Made by a program: the position numbers and the translations under genes. The notes below the pieces were generated by a model that worked only from the letters and a program-made list of their open reading frames with translations, made no database searches and was not told where the DNA came from. A stretch of DNA of 64,000 nt, from assembly GCA_964016885.1 (NCBI GenBank), contig OZ024764.1, forward strand, positions 25,048,001 through 25,112,000, written 5' to 3'. Shown here piece by piece: positions 23,658-37,670 of this stretch; position 1 is the stretch's first letter; each line of letters begins with the position of its first letter. Source of the stretch: Eledone cirrhosa (Eukaryota).

Positions 23658-25665
23658 TCGTAGGAATTTACATAGCCCACATATTACATAGTAAATTTAG
23701 TAATCTACAGGGGGGGGGTATACAGAGATGACGGGCTCTTATTAGTTAATAACTTGAATAACCAAAATCTTGAAAGGCTACGGAAAAATATTAGAAAATC
23801 TTTTAGTGAACTGGGTCTAAAAATAACATACGAATACAATCTTAAAGTAGTAAACTTTCTGGACGTAACTCTTAATTTAAATACCGGACAGATACGACCC
23901 TTCCACAAGGTAAATGAGAACCTTACGTATATTAACTTTAACTCTAACCACCCACTCTCCATGATCAAATCAGTTCCCCGGAGTATTTCTCTTAGAATCT
24001 CTCGCCTATCGTCTAACTCTGATATTTTTAGTGAACACGCTGAATACTACAATAATGCATTAAGGAATGCTGACCACCGGGATACAATAGAATACATCGA
24101 TAGGAATTTCCATAACACACATAGCTCTACACGAAATCAAGGAATGCGTAACCGGGGGACTAAAATACAAGCACACACACACTACTACCAGACATACTAA
24201 TAATAGAAGATCACCACCAAATAAATCACGTTGTAGAAAGTATATCTGGTACAATCCTATTTTTAATGCCTCGATTAGTACAAAACTATCTCTTTCATTC
24301 TTTAAGTTAATCAACAAACACTTCCCTAGTTCCCATAAATACAGCAAAATTCTGAACTCTAAAACTATTAGACTATCATACTCCACGGCACCAAACCTTG
24401 AAGCATACATAAAAAAACTTAACTTAAGGCAATTAAACAACTCTACAAAACAAAACATTTTAGTAACAGATGGGGAGAACGCAATATCTGCCTCCCAACC
24501 ACTAAATGGGAGACGGGTATTGCACAACCCACCTGTACCGCTATCACAACCTATCCATGGTATACCCGCTACCCACAACAAAGAATGTAACTGCCATCTA
24601 CCTGAAAGATGTCCATTGAAGAATGAATGCCTAAAGTCCAACATTGTTTACCAATGCACGGTTGAATCGAACGACCAGAAATGGTATTATATCGGATCTA
24701 CCACCACATCGTTTAAATCTCGCTGGTACCGTCATCGATTCTCAATCAAACATCCGAATCACCGTTTTGTGACCACGCTCGCCAACAAGACCTGGCAACT
24801 CCGTGAACACAACCAACAGTTCACCTTAAAATGGGATATACTTTCCAGCGCAAGTGCATATCGGAGTGGATTGAAGTACTGCAGGTTATGTAACCTTGAG
24901 CTCTTTTACATATTAAAATCCAAAAACAAACTACTTAATGATAGAATTGAACGATCATTATACTGCAACCACAAACTAAAGGCTAAATTCTCTCACTATA
25001 AAATAACTTAACATTCGAACCCGTAACTATAACACCGCTTTCTAGCTAACAACCTTCTCTTCCCCCCACACTACAAGACAATACACTGCTTATCACTATA
25101 CATGGTAACTCAGTGCAATTCCTAGATTACTACTACAAACCCAAAGTTCACTCACCACACAAACTTTGTCTGTCCCCTCTCTACCTATATCTCTCTCTAC
25201 ATCCATTACACACTCTCTCTCTCGCCTTTGGCCTACCTCCCTCTCAACATCTATGAACCTGCCCTCTGGGGCAATAAATAATTCCGGCCTTAACTATCAA
25301 CGCATCTCTCCAAAAGTAACCAGTATAATAAAACCCCTACCATAACATTTTGATTAAGATATCTACAAGCCACTCTCTCCTACTTCTCCAACCCCTGCAT
25401 ATCTTTCTTTCTCTCTCCCTCTTCCCTACTTTTCTCTCTTCCTTTTCTACTCTATCTTCCCCAACAACCCCACTTAAGGGTATTTACATTGTACATTTTA
25501 CCATTCTGCTCTGAGGAAACAGTGGTCACAGCATTGGATATTTGAGTTCTGCAAGTACTTGTGAATTTGCACGTAGCATAACTAGGCTGCAGTACCACCG
25601 TGGAAACACTTGTAATCACACGGAATAAATTACCTTTTTATGATGTCTACCTGTTATTATTCATT

Positions 25666-25668
<3 letters not shown>
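23658..25668 (+). mobile_element. 5'-truncated PLE (RT C-half + GIY-YIG, stop at 25011) with 3' pseudo-LTR
   Basis: YRDDG, VNFLDVTLNL, YINFNSNHP, CNC..CPL..EC, YYIGST..FKSRW..H, CRLC..E; frameshifts; HHR at the 3' end. Confidence 0.9.
25503..25626 (+). ncRNA. Type I hammerhead ribozyme with extended stem II in PLE pseudo-LTR
   Basis: CTGAGGA 25511; stem II ACAGTGGT..CAGC/GCTG..ACCACCGT; GAAA 25603; C ACTT GTA (predicted cleavage after 25614); imperfect stem I. Confidence 0.62.
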
Positions 25669-25753
<85 letters not shown>

Positions 25754-26599
25754 GAATGATCGACCATCGGAATATTGGCCCACGAAATCACGATAAACAA
25801 TATCCGACATGTGTGGTAGGGGGCTCAATAGTTTGGATAAACCAGAGCTATACCTATCGTTAAAATTCCAACACACACAGATCATGCCTAAAATCACCCG
25901 TGCAGCCGAAAAAGAACGACCAGGAAGATTCGGGTCACTCAAATAAAATATCAATAAATTAATAAATTAAATGAATGTAAAAAAACTCACCCGGACCCGC
26001 TAGCAGGATGTTAAATTCTAGCTTTTTGGGTTTCTGCAATTCCTTAATCAAATCACTATCAGCCCACATAAAAAATATGTATGACTTCTAGAGAGGAGAC
26101 GAACGAGGAAAAGCTTCTTCAACGAGTTTCCGTTCAAAAATACGGAGGGACCCACCGCCAAAAACGCACATGGTATTCAGCAAGGGAGGGAACCCCTATA
26201 TTAGCGAAAGAATTCGGTGATGTGTAAATTATGTAAAAATACGAAGTATCACATATCGAATCAGAGTGCTTAACAGATGTGTTAAAATAAACAAGAGCTA
26301 TTCATCAGTCAATAAGATCAACAAAAAAAATATATATATATATATATATTTAAAAGAATAGAGATGTAACACACAAGTTATTATATATTTGTAAACGGAA
26401 TAGAAAATGCTGACAAATTGTTCACAGTTGAAAAATGGTTTAATTAGGAATAAAAGAGTATTAGTAATTGTATGGGTTAGTATTCAGTTGTGGTTTTAAG
26501 TTTTTACCGGTTGCGCATTTCTAAATGCTTTTCAAAAATAATTTTGAGATAGAGTGTCCGTGTTGTTTGCTCTGATCTGATTAGTTTTGGGAATTCTAC

Positions 26600-26847
26600 C
26601 TGTTTTTATGTTAAAAAAGTGGCTCCAGCGCTACTTTCGTGTTGCAAAAATTCTTGTGGTCAAAACAATTTTGATTGGTCGGTAGAGGTCATGTGAATGT
26701 AAAAAATTGATTTTGCACCAAGACTGTTTTTATGTTAAAAAAGTGGCTCCAGCGCTACTTGGTGTTTGCAAAATTTCTTGTGGTCAAAACAATTTTGATT
26801 GGTCGGTAGAGGTCATGTGAATAAAAAATTGATTTTGCGCCAAGACT
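26600..26847. repeat. ~124-bp tandem dimer (also at ~40555-40802 and ~58913-59158)
   Basis: CTGTTTTTATGTTAAAAAAGTGGCTCCAGCGCTACTT...GATTTTGC.CCAAGA occurs twice. Confidence 0.9.
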
Positions 26848-26870
26848 GAGAAATGACTCTTTCACAACAA

Positions 26871-26936
<66 letters not shown>

Positions 26937-28177
26937 TAGTAGTAGTAAAGTGCTCGATGTTGTGATAATGGTTAGCAGGGATGTGTGTCAAATGGCTATT
27001 AAGTTAAGTGTGTGTGTGTGTGTATGTGTGTGAGTGTGTATATAGCAGAGTAATTCGTGGTAGCGGGGATGGTCAGTAGGAGTGTGTCTGTAAGCAGTGG
27101 GGGGTATTTTAGCATGTCAAAAGATATTTTTCAGCTTTTGTCTTATACGGAGAAGTGTGTGTGTGTGTGTGTGTATAAGTCTCTTTGTATGTTAATGTAC
27201 GCGTGTGTATGGTTAATGTACGCGTGTATATGGAAAAACTGGCTCGAAAACCAGGTTTTTCGAGAAGTAATTTGATTGGTTTGTCAATAATTATAATAAA
27301 TTTCGCGCCAGTTCGCGTTACAATAGTTCTTCAAATAAGAGAGGGGGGGGGGTTGTCACAGGTTGTTTTTTCATATATGAGTGTTTGAATTTCTTTTTAC
27401 TTGAAAAAATGAGGCTCACGAAGGCTTTTTTTTGGTTGGTTATAAATGAAATTTGGCTGTCACGTGAACAAGTTTTCATTACATTTTTGCGCCCTTATTT
27501 GGAAAACTATTCTGTAGTCTTTATAGTGAAAGTTATGACAATGGAGAGATAGTGGTCAAGGGAAAAGGGATTGGGAGAAATGTTCTGGTTCAGTGAATAT
27601 GGCCAGCTGTCAGAGTTCAGGTGTCAGAGTTCAGATTTTCTATTGAGACTGAAGATACGTGTTTATTTGTGTGCTTGTGTGTGTGTATATGTGTATTGGA
27701 AGATGATTCTATTAGTAGAGATGGGGGAGGGAGTTGTGTGTGTGTGTATATGGGTGTTATGTGTGTGTGTGTGCGAGTATGTTAGATAGAGAGAATATAT
27801 ATTTTTTGTGTGTGTGTATATATATATGTGTGTAGGAAAGTGGTTCTATTAGTAGAAATGGGGAGGGTGTTGTAGGTGTGGGGGTTTTTATGTGTGTGTA
27901 TGGGTGTTATGTGTGTGGGAGTATGGTTAGCATGTTAAGATGAAGAGAATATATATATATATATATATATTGTGTGTGTGTATGTGTGTGTGGAGGAAAA
28001 TGATTCCTTTAGTAGGAATATTTTTGAATGAACATATTTTCCTGACTTTTTCGTGTTTGCTGTTGTATTGCCAGTGCAAACGTATGTTTAAGGTTTATTT
28101 AGTTCGGGTTTTTATTTTCTAAAGTAGGTGTTATGTGTGTGTGTGTATGTCATATTGTGGTGTTGACATAATGTATA

Positions 28178-30299
28178 TTAAACCTTATTTAATGTTGGTC
28201 TATATTTTTGAATAAACATATTTTCCTTATTTATTCGCATTTGTTCTGTTGTATTGTTAGCGCAAAGGTAAAATGGGAAGACTTGGAATTTGGGTGTCTT
28301 ATTACTTGCGCAAATGTCTAGATGTGCACTTAGTGGTATTTGTCTCGTGGTTGGATCTCGTAATTGTTGGCGATGAACTGTCATTCTGTTTCTGAGTGTG
28401 AGTTTAGTTTGTCCTATATAATCTTCATTGCATCCTTTACATTTAATGGCATAAATTAGATTTTTTGATGAGCAAGTGAAGTGATTTTTTACAGTAAAAT
28501 TTTGTCCTGATTTAAATGTATACGTGTTGCCTTCAATGAGGTGAGTGCAGGTTCCACAATTAGAGCGACCACATTTTTTGATACTTGGTTGTGGGTTTGT
28601 GGTAGGTAATTTGGCATTGGTGAGTAATGTTTTCAGTGATTTTGGTTGTCTTTTGCTTTTGATTATTTTGTGTGTTTCAAGGGCTTTTTTCATTCTTGGG
28701 TTTTGTTTTAGTAGTGGGATGTTATTGTGAATAGTGTTGTAAGCTTCCGCATTTCTTGGGTTGTGTGTTGAGATATATGATAGAATATTGGACGTACCTT
28801 GAATTTGTTTCTGTTTCCGTAATTCATCAATGCCTATTGCTTTAGCCCTTTCTATTCCATTATTTATTAGTAATAGTGGGTACTCTCTCTCAAGTAGAAT
28901 TTCCTTTAATTCTTGAAGTCTTTTATTTCGCGTTTCATAATTGGAGACAATTGTGCAAATTCTTCTTGCTAGGTTAAAAGGAATGTTCGTCTTCGTGTGC
29001 TTTGGATGGTTGGAGGTGAATAGCAGATATTGTTTGGAATCTGTTGGTTTGTAGTGTATGTCAGTTTCGATATTTGTGTCTTTTTTTGTGATTAAGATGT
29101 CCAGAAATGGGAGTTGATCTTGGCTGTATTCCATTGTGAATTGGATGTGGTTATTGATGCCGTTTATTAAGTTTTTGAAATCCTTCAGTTGGTCGAGTGT
29201 GTGGGACCAAAGAATGAGGCAATCATCCAAGTAGCGTTTCCAATTCTCTGATAAATATTTGTGAAAGTTCAATCCGTATTTTGATTTGGACTGTTCATAT
29301 ATCTGGACTTCTAAGTATACCATGACTAAGTTGGCATAAGTTGGAGCGGCTTTTGTGCCCATCGCAGTCCCCGATATTTGCTTGTAAGTATTGCCATCGA
29401 AATCAAAAAAGTTGTTCTGTAGGATGAATTTTAATCCCTCGGTGATGAAGCTTTTTTCTATTCTGTCAGGTATCTCATTGGGATATTTCTCTAGCCAGAA
29501 TCCTATTGCTTCTAGTCCGTATTGGTGTGGGATCGTTGTGTAGAGATTCACTACATCGAAAGACACAATAATAGTGTCGTTGTTGACATGTTTGGGGAGG
29601 TGGTTTAAGAGGTCCAGATCGTCTCTTACAAGGCTTGGTATGTGTTTCAGTATTGGTTTCAGTAGTATGTCTATAAAGTTGCTCAATCTGTGTGTTTCAC
29701 ATTGTGGGCCCGCTACAATTGGTCTTAATTTAAGGTCTGTGGGGTATTGTGTGTTCACGCAGGCTGAGGTGGATTGTTTACAGGCATCGTTGATTATTTT
29801 ACATTTGTGGATCTTCGGAAGTCCGTAAAGGTTGCTGGTTTTGTATTCAAAATTTGTTAAATAATCGCGTTCCTTTTTAGTTAGGTCTTCCTGGTATCGA
29901 TAAATCAGTGTGTTTAATTTGGTCATTATTTTTGATTGCTGGTAGTTTTTTACTCTTTCATAGTAATTAGCATTTTGTAAGAGAGAGAACATAGAATTTT
30001 TATATTTTTCAGCCTCCATAATGACAACAGTACTTCCCTTGTCCGCTTCCTTAATTACAATGTCCGGATTGTTTTTTAGTTCATGGATAATCTCCCATTC
30101 CCTTCGACTTGTGTTGGGTTTGGGTTTAGGTTGCGGTAGTTCATGGTATGGGAAGGTAGCTATGTGGTCACAAAATTTGTCCAGAACTCTGTTTCTACCT
30201 TTTGTTGGGTTGTAGCTGCTTTTATTCCGTACAATTGATTCGTCGTTATTCTCCTTGTCAAAGAATTCCTCTGTGAGACGTAATTTTCTACAGAAGTGT

Positions 30300-30300
<1 letters not shown>
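28178..30300 (-). CDS. PLE ORF (RT + GIY-YIG), open over ~700 codons, 5' end cut at (TA)n
   Basis: [69 protein letters not shown]...RM..H. Confidence 0.93.
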
Positions 30301-30343
<43 letters not shown>

Positions 30344-30344
30344 T

Positions 30345-30408
<64 letters not shown>

Positions 30409-30409
30409 T

Positions 30410-30461
<52 letters not shown>

Positions 30462-30579
30462 TTTTTTTGTGTTGCACCATAGAGCATGTGTGTTCACGTA
30501 TGTCATTGTGTTTATATGTGGGTAGAGATGTGTGCTGATGTAGGTATGTATGTTGAAGTGTGTATGTTGTGGGTTCGTC

Positions 30580-30639
30580 TTAGGGAGAAGTGTTTAGACG
30601 GGGTCCGTATTTGTTAATGAAGTAAGATTCCTTGCTGAT
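30580..30639 (-). pseudogene. Tiny 3'-terminal fragment of a related PLE ORF
   Basis: Minus frame [19 protein letters not shown] resembles the C-terminus [18 protein letters not shown]. Confidence 0.55.
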
Positions 30640-30650
30640 GTATATATATA

Positions 30651-30728
<78 letters not shown>

Positions 30729-31455
30729 GAAAAATAAATGTTACGGGCGAAAGAGAGGAATATCCATCGTCAGTTGTCTGCTAGGAATCATAGGTATTTC
30801 TTCGTGTTAGGGGCAAGATACTTCAGCCTAGGGTGAACTATAACTAAAATAAGTTATTGGGATAAAAAAAGAGAGGAAAGAGAGAAAAACATGTAAACAG
30901 ACACGAAGGGTGAAGCCACGTAAAGAGAGGAAAAATAGGAAATATATCAAGTCAACAACTCATTTCGAACGTAAGAATGGTGAGTTTGACGACAGAGAAA
31001 ACGACACGTCTTCACTGTTGCAGTGTTAGCGAGAGAAGAGGCTGCTTACAGTGGTGGACAAGGGAGGAAGTGAACTAGTGGAGAGAGGGAGTGAGTGAAA
31101 GTAAGAGGAAGCGAGAAAGAGATAGTTATAGTGGCAGGGTAGCCGAGATAAGGTGACTAGCAGAGGGGGTGAGCGAAAGTAAGAGGGAGAAGGAGAGAGA
31201 AGGGGGAGAGAGATGATAGGAAGAAGGGGAGAGAAAAGTGACGGGTCACAGCGAAGAAGGAAGCTTATATGAATAAAATGGTGAGCTGTGTGGTTGCAAA
31301 TAAGTATAATGAAATAAAAATCTATCTATATAACATGGACCTCCAAGGGCCTGGAGATTAGGTCACAAATTTGATCCCTCTTACAATCTGGAGATATGGT
31401 CAATATTGGGCCTTAAAACCTTGAGTCCCTTTTATTCTGTGTATGAACATAAATA

Positions 31456-31640
31456 AATAATTGTTTCTACTTTTGGCACAAGGCCAGCAATTATCCAGTG
31501 CATTACTGGTACTTTATTTTATCGACCCCGTAAGGATGAAAGGCAAAGTTAACCTCGGCAGGATTTGAACTCAAACCATAAAGGGGCGTAACTCTTTGCT
31601 GCAAAGCATGGCGTCAGACCCTCTACCGATACTGCCAACC
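31456..31640 (-). mobile_element. tRNA-derived SINE
   Basis: Same family as 21445-21630. Confidence 0.8.
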
Positions 31641-32050
31641 CTGAAATAATGTAATATATATATATATATATGTATGTGTGTATATATCTATTTATATATT
31701 GAACTATATTTTTTGTAATCACAGAGCTGGACAGAGTCTACTTCCACAACCCAGTAACGTGTAAGTTTTAGTTTTATACACTATCTAACCATTATTCTAT
31801 CTGTTCATTCCCGTCTCTCTCTAACTTCACGATTTCACCGAACTTATATTCATGGAAATTTGGGACTTGACTCCTTCTTCCTCACTTTTCGTTGCTTCAC
31901 CATCTTTGTTTGTTTACACTCTCGTGTCCCCTTTATTTACGTGTTCCAACGACTTTTTTTAGCCGTTGCTCGCACCAACCGGAGGTATATGGTCTTTAAA
32001 GCGATGAAATACCAATGATGGTTGGAAGATCACTGATGAAGGACTAACTT

Positions 32051-32091
<41 letters not shown>

Positions 32092-32133
32092 TGGCTGCCA
32101 ACTCGTTTTCGAGTACGGCCACTACTTTATATC

Positions 32134-35100
32134 CAGTGAAACTGCCGGCCAAACACTTGTTGTACACCACTTACCATAACTCTAGCAACCCACCACATTT
32201 ATTTCTACTAAATCTCATATTTGTTAAGACTAACGTAGAGATTATAGTAATATCAATGTCTTACTGTAGCTTATAGTGTAGGTTACCATAGGGTAGGTTA
32301 CTGGAGGGTAGGATACCGTAGGGTAGGTTACTGTAGGGTAGGGTACCATAGGGTAGGTTACCATAGGGTAGGTTACCATAGGGTAGGTTACTGTAGGCTA
32401 GGTTACTGTAGGGTAGGATACTGTAGGGTAGGTTACCATAGGGTAGATTACTGGAGGCTAGGATACCGTAGGGTAGGTTACCATAGGGTAGGTTACCATA
32501 TGGTAGGTTACCATAGGGTAGGTTACTGTAGGGTAGGTTACTGTAGGGTAGGTTACTGTAGGCTAGGATACTGTAAGGTAGGTTACTGTAGGGTAGGATA
32601 CCGTAAGGTAGGTTACTGTAGGGTAGGTTACTGTAGGGTAGGATACCGTAAGGTAGGTTACCATAGGGTAGGTTACTGTAGGGTAGGGTACCGTAAGGTA
32701 GGTTACCATAGGGTAGGTTACTAGAGGGTAGGTTACTGTAGGGTAGGTTACTGTAAGGTAGGTTACTGTAGGGTAGGTTACTGTAGGGTAGGTTACTGTA
32801 GGGTAGGATACCGTAAGGTAGGTTACCATAGGGTAGGTTACTGTAGGGTAGGATACCGTAAGGTAGGTTACCATAGGGTAGGTTACTGGAGGGTAGGTTA
32901 CTGTAGGGTAGGTTACTGTAAGGTAGGTTACTGTAGGGTAGGATACCGTAAGGTAGGTTCTGTAGTGTAGGTTACTGTAGGGTAGGATACCGTAAGGTAG
33001 GTTACCATAGGGTAGGTTACTGTAGGGTAGGATACCGTAAGGTAGGTTACCATAGGGTAGGTTACTGTAGGGTAGGATACCGTAAGGTAGGTTACCATAG
33101 GGTAGGTTAGTGTAGTGTAGGTTACTGTAGTGTAGGATACCGTAAGGTAGGTTACCATAGGGTAGGTTAGTGTAGTGTAGGTTACTGTAGGGCAGGATAC
33201 CGTAAGGTAGGTTACTGTAGGCTAGGATACTGTAAGGTAGGTTACTGTAGGGTAGGATACCGTAAGGTAGGTTACTGTAGGGTAGGTTACTGTAGGGTAG
33301 GTTACTGTAGGGTAGGATACCGTAAGGTAGGTTTACATAGGGTAGGTTACTGTAGGGTAGGGTACCGTAAGGTAGGTTACCATAGGGTAGGTTACTGGAG
33401 GGTAGGTTACTGTAGGGTATGTTACTGTAAGGTAGGTTACTGTAGGGTAGGATACCGTAATGTAGGTTACTGTAGGGTAGGTTACTGTAGGGTAGGATAC
33501 CGTAAGGTAGGTTACCATAGGGTAGGTTACTGTAGGTTAGGATACTGTAAGGTAGGTTACCATAGGGTAGGTTACTGTAGGGTAGGATACCGTAAGGTAG
33601 GTTACCATAGGGTAGGTTAGTGTAGTGTAGGTTACTGTAGTGTAGGATACCGTAAGGTAGGTTACCATAGGGTAGGTTAGTGTAGTGTAGGTTACTGTAG
33701 GGCAGGATACCTTAAGGTAGGTTACCATAGGGTAGGTTAGTGTAGTGTAGGTTACTGTAGGGTAGGATACCGTAAGGTAGGTTTCCATAGGGTAGGTTAC
33801 CATAGGGTAGGTTAGTGTAGGGTAGGCTACTGTAGGGTAGGTTACTGTAGGGTAGGTTACCATAAGGCAGGTTACCATAGAGTAAGGTACCTAAGTTTAG
33901 GTTACCATAGGGTAGGTTATTTAGGCTAGGTTACTGTAGGTTAGGTTACTGTATGGTAGGTTGCCATAGGGTAGGTTATCATAGTGTAGGTTACCATAGG
34001 GTAGGTTTCTGGAGGGTAGGTTATTATTGGGTAGGTTACCATAGTGTAGGTTACCATAGCGTAGGTTACCATAGGGTAGGTTACCATAGGGTAGGTTACT
34101 GGAGGGTAGGTTATTATAGGGTAGGTTAACATAGGGTAGGTTAACATACTGTAGCTTACCATTGGGTAGGTTATTATAGGGTAGGTTATTATAGGGTAGG
34201 TTACCATAGGGTAGCTTACTGGAGGGTAGGTTATCATAGGGAGGGTTACCATTGGGTAGGTTACTGTAGGGTAGGGTAGGTTACTATAGGGTAGGTTACT
34301 ATAGGGTACGTTATTATAGGGAAGGTTACCAATGGGTAGGTTACTGTAGGGTAGGTTACCATAGGGTAGGTTACTGTAGTGTACCGTAGTGTAGGTTACC
34401 ATAGGGTAGGTTACCATAGGGTACGTTATTATAGGGTAGGTTTCCATAACGTAGGTTTCCATAGGGTACGTTAGCATAGCGTAGGTTACCTTATGGTAGG
34501 TTACCATAGGGTAGGTTACCATATGGTAGGTTACCTTAGGGTAGGTTACCATAGGGTAAGTTACTATAGGTTAGGTTACCATAGGGTAGGTTACCGTAGT
34601 GTAGGTTAATGTAGGGTAGGTTACTATAGGATAGAGTACCTTAGGGTAGGTTACAATAGGGTATGGTACCATAGGGTAGGTTACCATAGGGTAGGTTACC
34701 ATAGGTTAGGTTACCTTACGTTAGGTTACAATAGGTTAGGTTATCATAGGTTAGTATACTATAGGATAATGTTACAATAGGGCATGTTAGCATAGGCTTG
34801 GTTACCATAGGGGAGGTTACTATAGGTTGTTACCATAGGGTAGGTTACCATAGCGTAGGTAACTATATGGTATGTTACTGTAGGGTAGATTACCATAAGG
34901 TAGGTTACTATAGGGTAGGTTACCATAGGGTTGATTACCTTAAGGTAGGTTACCATAGGGTAGGTTACCTTAGGGTAGGTTACTATAGGGTAGAGTACCA
35001 TAGGGTAGGTTACTCTAGGGTAGATTACCATAGGGTAGGTTACCATAGGGTAGGTTACCATACGGTAGGTTACCATAAGGGAGGTTATTATAGGGTAGGC

Positions 35101-35679
35101 TACCATAAGCTAGGTTACAATCGGGTTGGTTACTACAAGATAGGTTACCATAGGGTAGGTTAGCATAGTGTAGGTTACTATAGGGTAGGTTACCATAAGT
35201 TAGGTTACTATAGGGTAGGTTATATATGACAGTTTACCATAGGGTAGGTTACCATAGGGTAGGTTACCATAAGGTGGGTTATCATAGGCAGGTTACCATA
35301 TGTTAGGTTACCATAAGTAGGTTACCATAGGCTAGTTTACCATAGGTAGGTTACCAGAGGTTGTCATAGGGTAGCGTACCATACCATAGGTTACCACAGT
35401 GTAGGTTAGCATAGGGTAGGTTACCATACCATATGTTTGTTAAGGTTAGGCTAGGCTGGTTTACTCGGTGAGTTAGAACTCACTTGTGACTGTATTGTTT
35501 TAGAAGAAGAGTCTTAACATTTAGTGCACCACTAAATTTTTTAGCTGATTCCCCTGCAACTGCCTTATTTTGGGGGGGGGTCGTCTTATCAATGCAATAG
35601 GGTCCTAAACCTAAGTTACACCTCAGAATTTTAGGGGCCGACCTATGTACCAGATAGACTTGTACACCGGCATATATGG
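32134..35679. mobile_element. Left-truncated satellite-carrying TIR element (copy B)
   Basis: Starts mid left flank (CAGTGAAACTGCCGGCC = 51009); right TIR CTTGTACACCGGCATATATGG 35659-35679 followed by TA. Confidence 0.7.
32277..35430 (+). repeat. 15-bp satellite array 2 (~3.1 kb)
   Basis: TAGGGTAGGTTAC(CA/TG) monomers with local 45/60-bp periodicity. Confidence 0.95.
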
Positions 35680-37670
35680 TATATATATATATATGCAAAG
35701 AGAGAGAGAGAAAGAGGAAGTGAGAGAGATGCATTAAAACAATAACAGAAGGTCTGACTGGAGAATTTACTTTAGAATTTTAAGAGAAAAGAGGAAGGTT
35801 TCAGACTTCTGGAATTCCTTCACGAAAATGTCCAATTTATCTGTAACAAACTTCAAGAAACGAGACAACCACTTAATAACCTATAGATCAAGTTAGCCCA
35901 CCAGCTAGATAGATTTCATTGTTACCAGAAGACAGAGTGACTGTTATAAACACAAAGTCCCTCCCTAGTGAAGAATGCAACTCCCAACATACCTTAGAAG
36001 ACAACCTGGAAGAAAAGAGTAGAGATCAAAATCAAAAGGTCTTAAAGTCAATTTGGTAAAGATTAAAGTTCTAGTAAGTAGAAAGGAAAACAGGGCCCAG
36101 ATCTCTTCAGGTAAACTGTCCTGCTCAGTGTGCAGAAAGGGAGTAGGTAGAAATTCCATCCTATGTCCCATATAGAAATGATGGGTACACAAAAGATGTA
36201 GTGCGATCTCAGGAACGCTAACAAAGAACGTAGCTTCTACATGTGGCCAATGAACAGGGGCAGTAAATAACAAGAGCTCTCAGGTTACAATCTCCTTCAA
36301 ATGCCCAGAAATCTCTGTAGAGGTGGTAGATAGTTTCTGTTACCTGGGTGACCAAATCAGCAGTGGAGTAGGGTGGTCCAAAAACTCAGTAACCAGAGTG
36401 AGATTAGATTGGCGAAAGTGCAGGGATCTACTACTACTGCTAACTACAAAAGGTTTTTCCCTTAAAATGAAGGGCAGATTGTCTGATGCAGGTATACAAA
36501 CAACAATGTTGCACAGCAGCTAGACCTGGGCACTGTCCGCAGAAGATCTGTAAAGATTGGAAAGAAATTAAGCCTCCATGCTTCAATGGATGTGCTATAG
36601 TAATATATGCAAATGGCAAAACATAAATGTAGTGTGAGAGAAATTATGCATAAGAGGGATTAGTTGCAGTGTGCAGGAGAGGGATTGTTTGGGTTTAGAC
36701 ATGTGATGTGTATGAAGGGTGACAGCTGTATAAAAAGGTGCATAACACACAAAGTTGACAGAAGCCATGGAGTGGGCAGGTCTGGGAAGACTTGGGATGA
36801 GGTAAGGAAAGCTGACTTTGCACAATTACACCTAGCTAAGGCAATGACACAGGATGGTGACCTCTGGCGCTATGCACAATTATAGAGGACCTGCCCTCAT
36901 AAATCCACGAGTTGAGGCATATATCTAGTATGTAACACCTTCCCCACCATCTTCCCTCCCAAACATCTTAATTGATGTTATCATCCCACCCCTATAACAA
37001 CATCCACAATCCACCAGACATTTTCCCTACCAACACCCCACTCAAGTTCCCAAACCTCACCATAAAGAGGTCCCACTGCAATCATGACAACGTGTCCAGT
37101 CCACACTGTACAGTGTTCATGTAGGTGTCCCGACAAAAAGCACCCAGCACACTGTACAAATGTGGTTGGCATTAGAAAGGGCATCCAACCATAAAAACCA
37201 AGCTAAAATCAGTTCCATGTGAGTGAAACATGGTCCTCTGACCTGATCTCCCACAAAGGGACAACCCATCCAACACATTGCCATTCCTTAAGTGCCTTTC
37301 CAGACATCAAGGCCACCTGGCACACACAAGTCAGCCAGAGAATACCTTCCTAATTTAAGGCTTTTAACATCTGAAGCCAGATTTCATCTTCCCCAGCAGT
37401 TTTACCACATTTGAGCTCTTTAACTGCTCTTGTGATCTCAGCCTCTGAGAGATTAGTCACCACTCCCAGATACACCTCATCTACATCCAAAAATGCTGTT
37501 GTGATCGGGTTTAGGAGGTCAGCAACATATTCTCTCCACCTTGTGGGGATGCACCTTTCTGAAGATAGGAGAACTCAGGATTCATACTTGATAGCAGGTG
37601 TGGAGGAAGGCTTCATATTACGAAGCCGGCAGATGATCTGCCAGATCATTTGCATATAAGTGTATATATA

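Larger units (their letters stand above)
21690..31822 (+). repeat. Segmental duplication copy A (~10.1 kb)
   Basis: Near-identical to 35700-45672 and 53985-64000; the ORF track repeats at offsets of ~14.0 kb and ~32.3-32.8 kb. Confidence 0.95.

Noticed and set aside
23710-23718. Poly-G run of variable length (9/10/12) just before YRDD as a phase-variation switch
   Set aside because: The element is already 5'-truncated and frameshifted; homopolymer slippage or sequencing error is enough to explain it
24060-24644. 194-aa minus-strand ORF conserved in three copies
   Set aside because: Antisense shadow of the PLE coding frame; the conservation reflects recent duplication only
26000-26312. Minus-strand CTGATGA (26302-26308) as a hammerhead
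   Set aside because: Possible stem II partner near 26020 is followed by GAAT rather than GAAA; no convincing stems I and III
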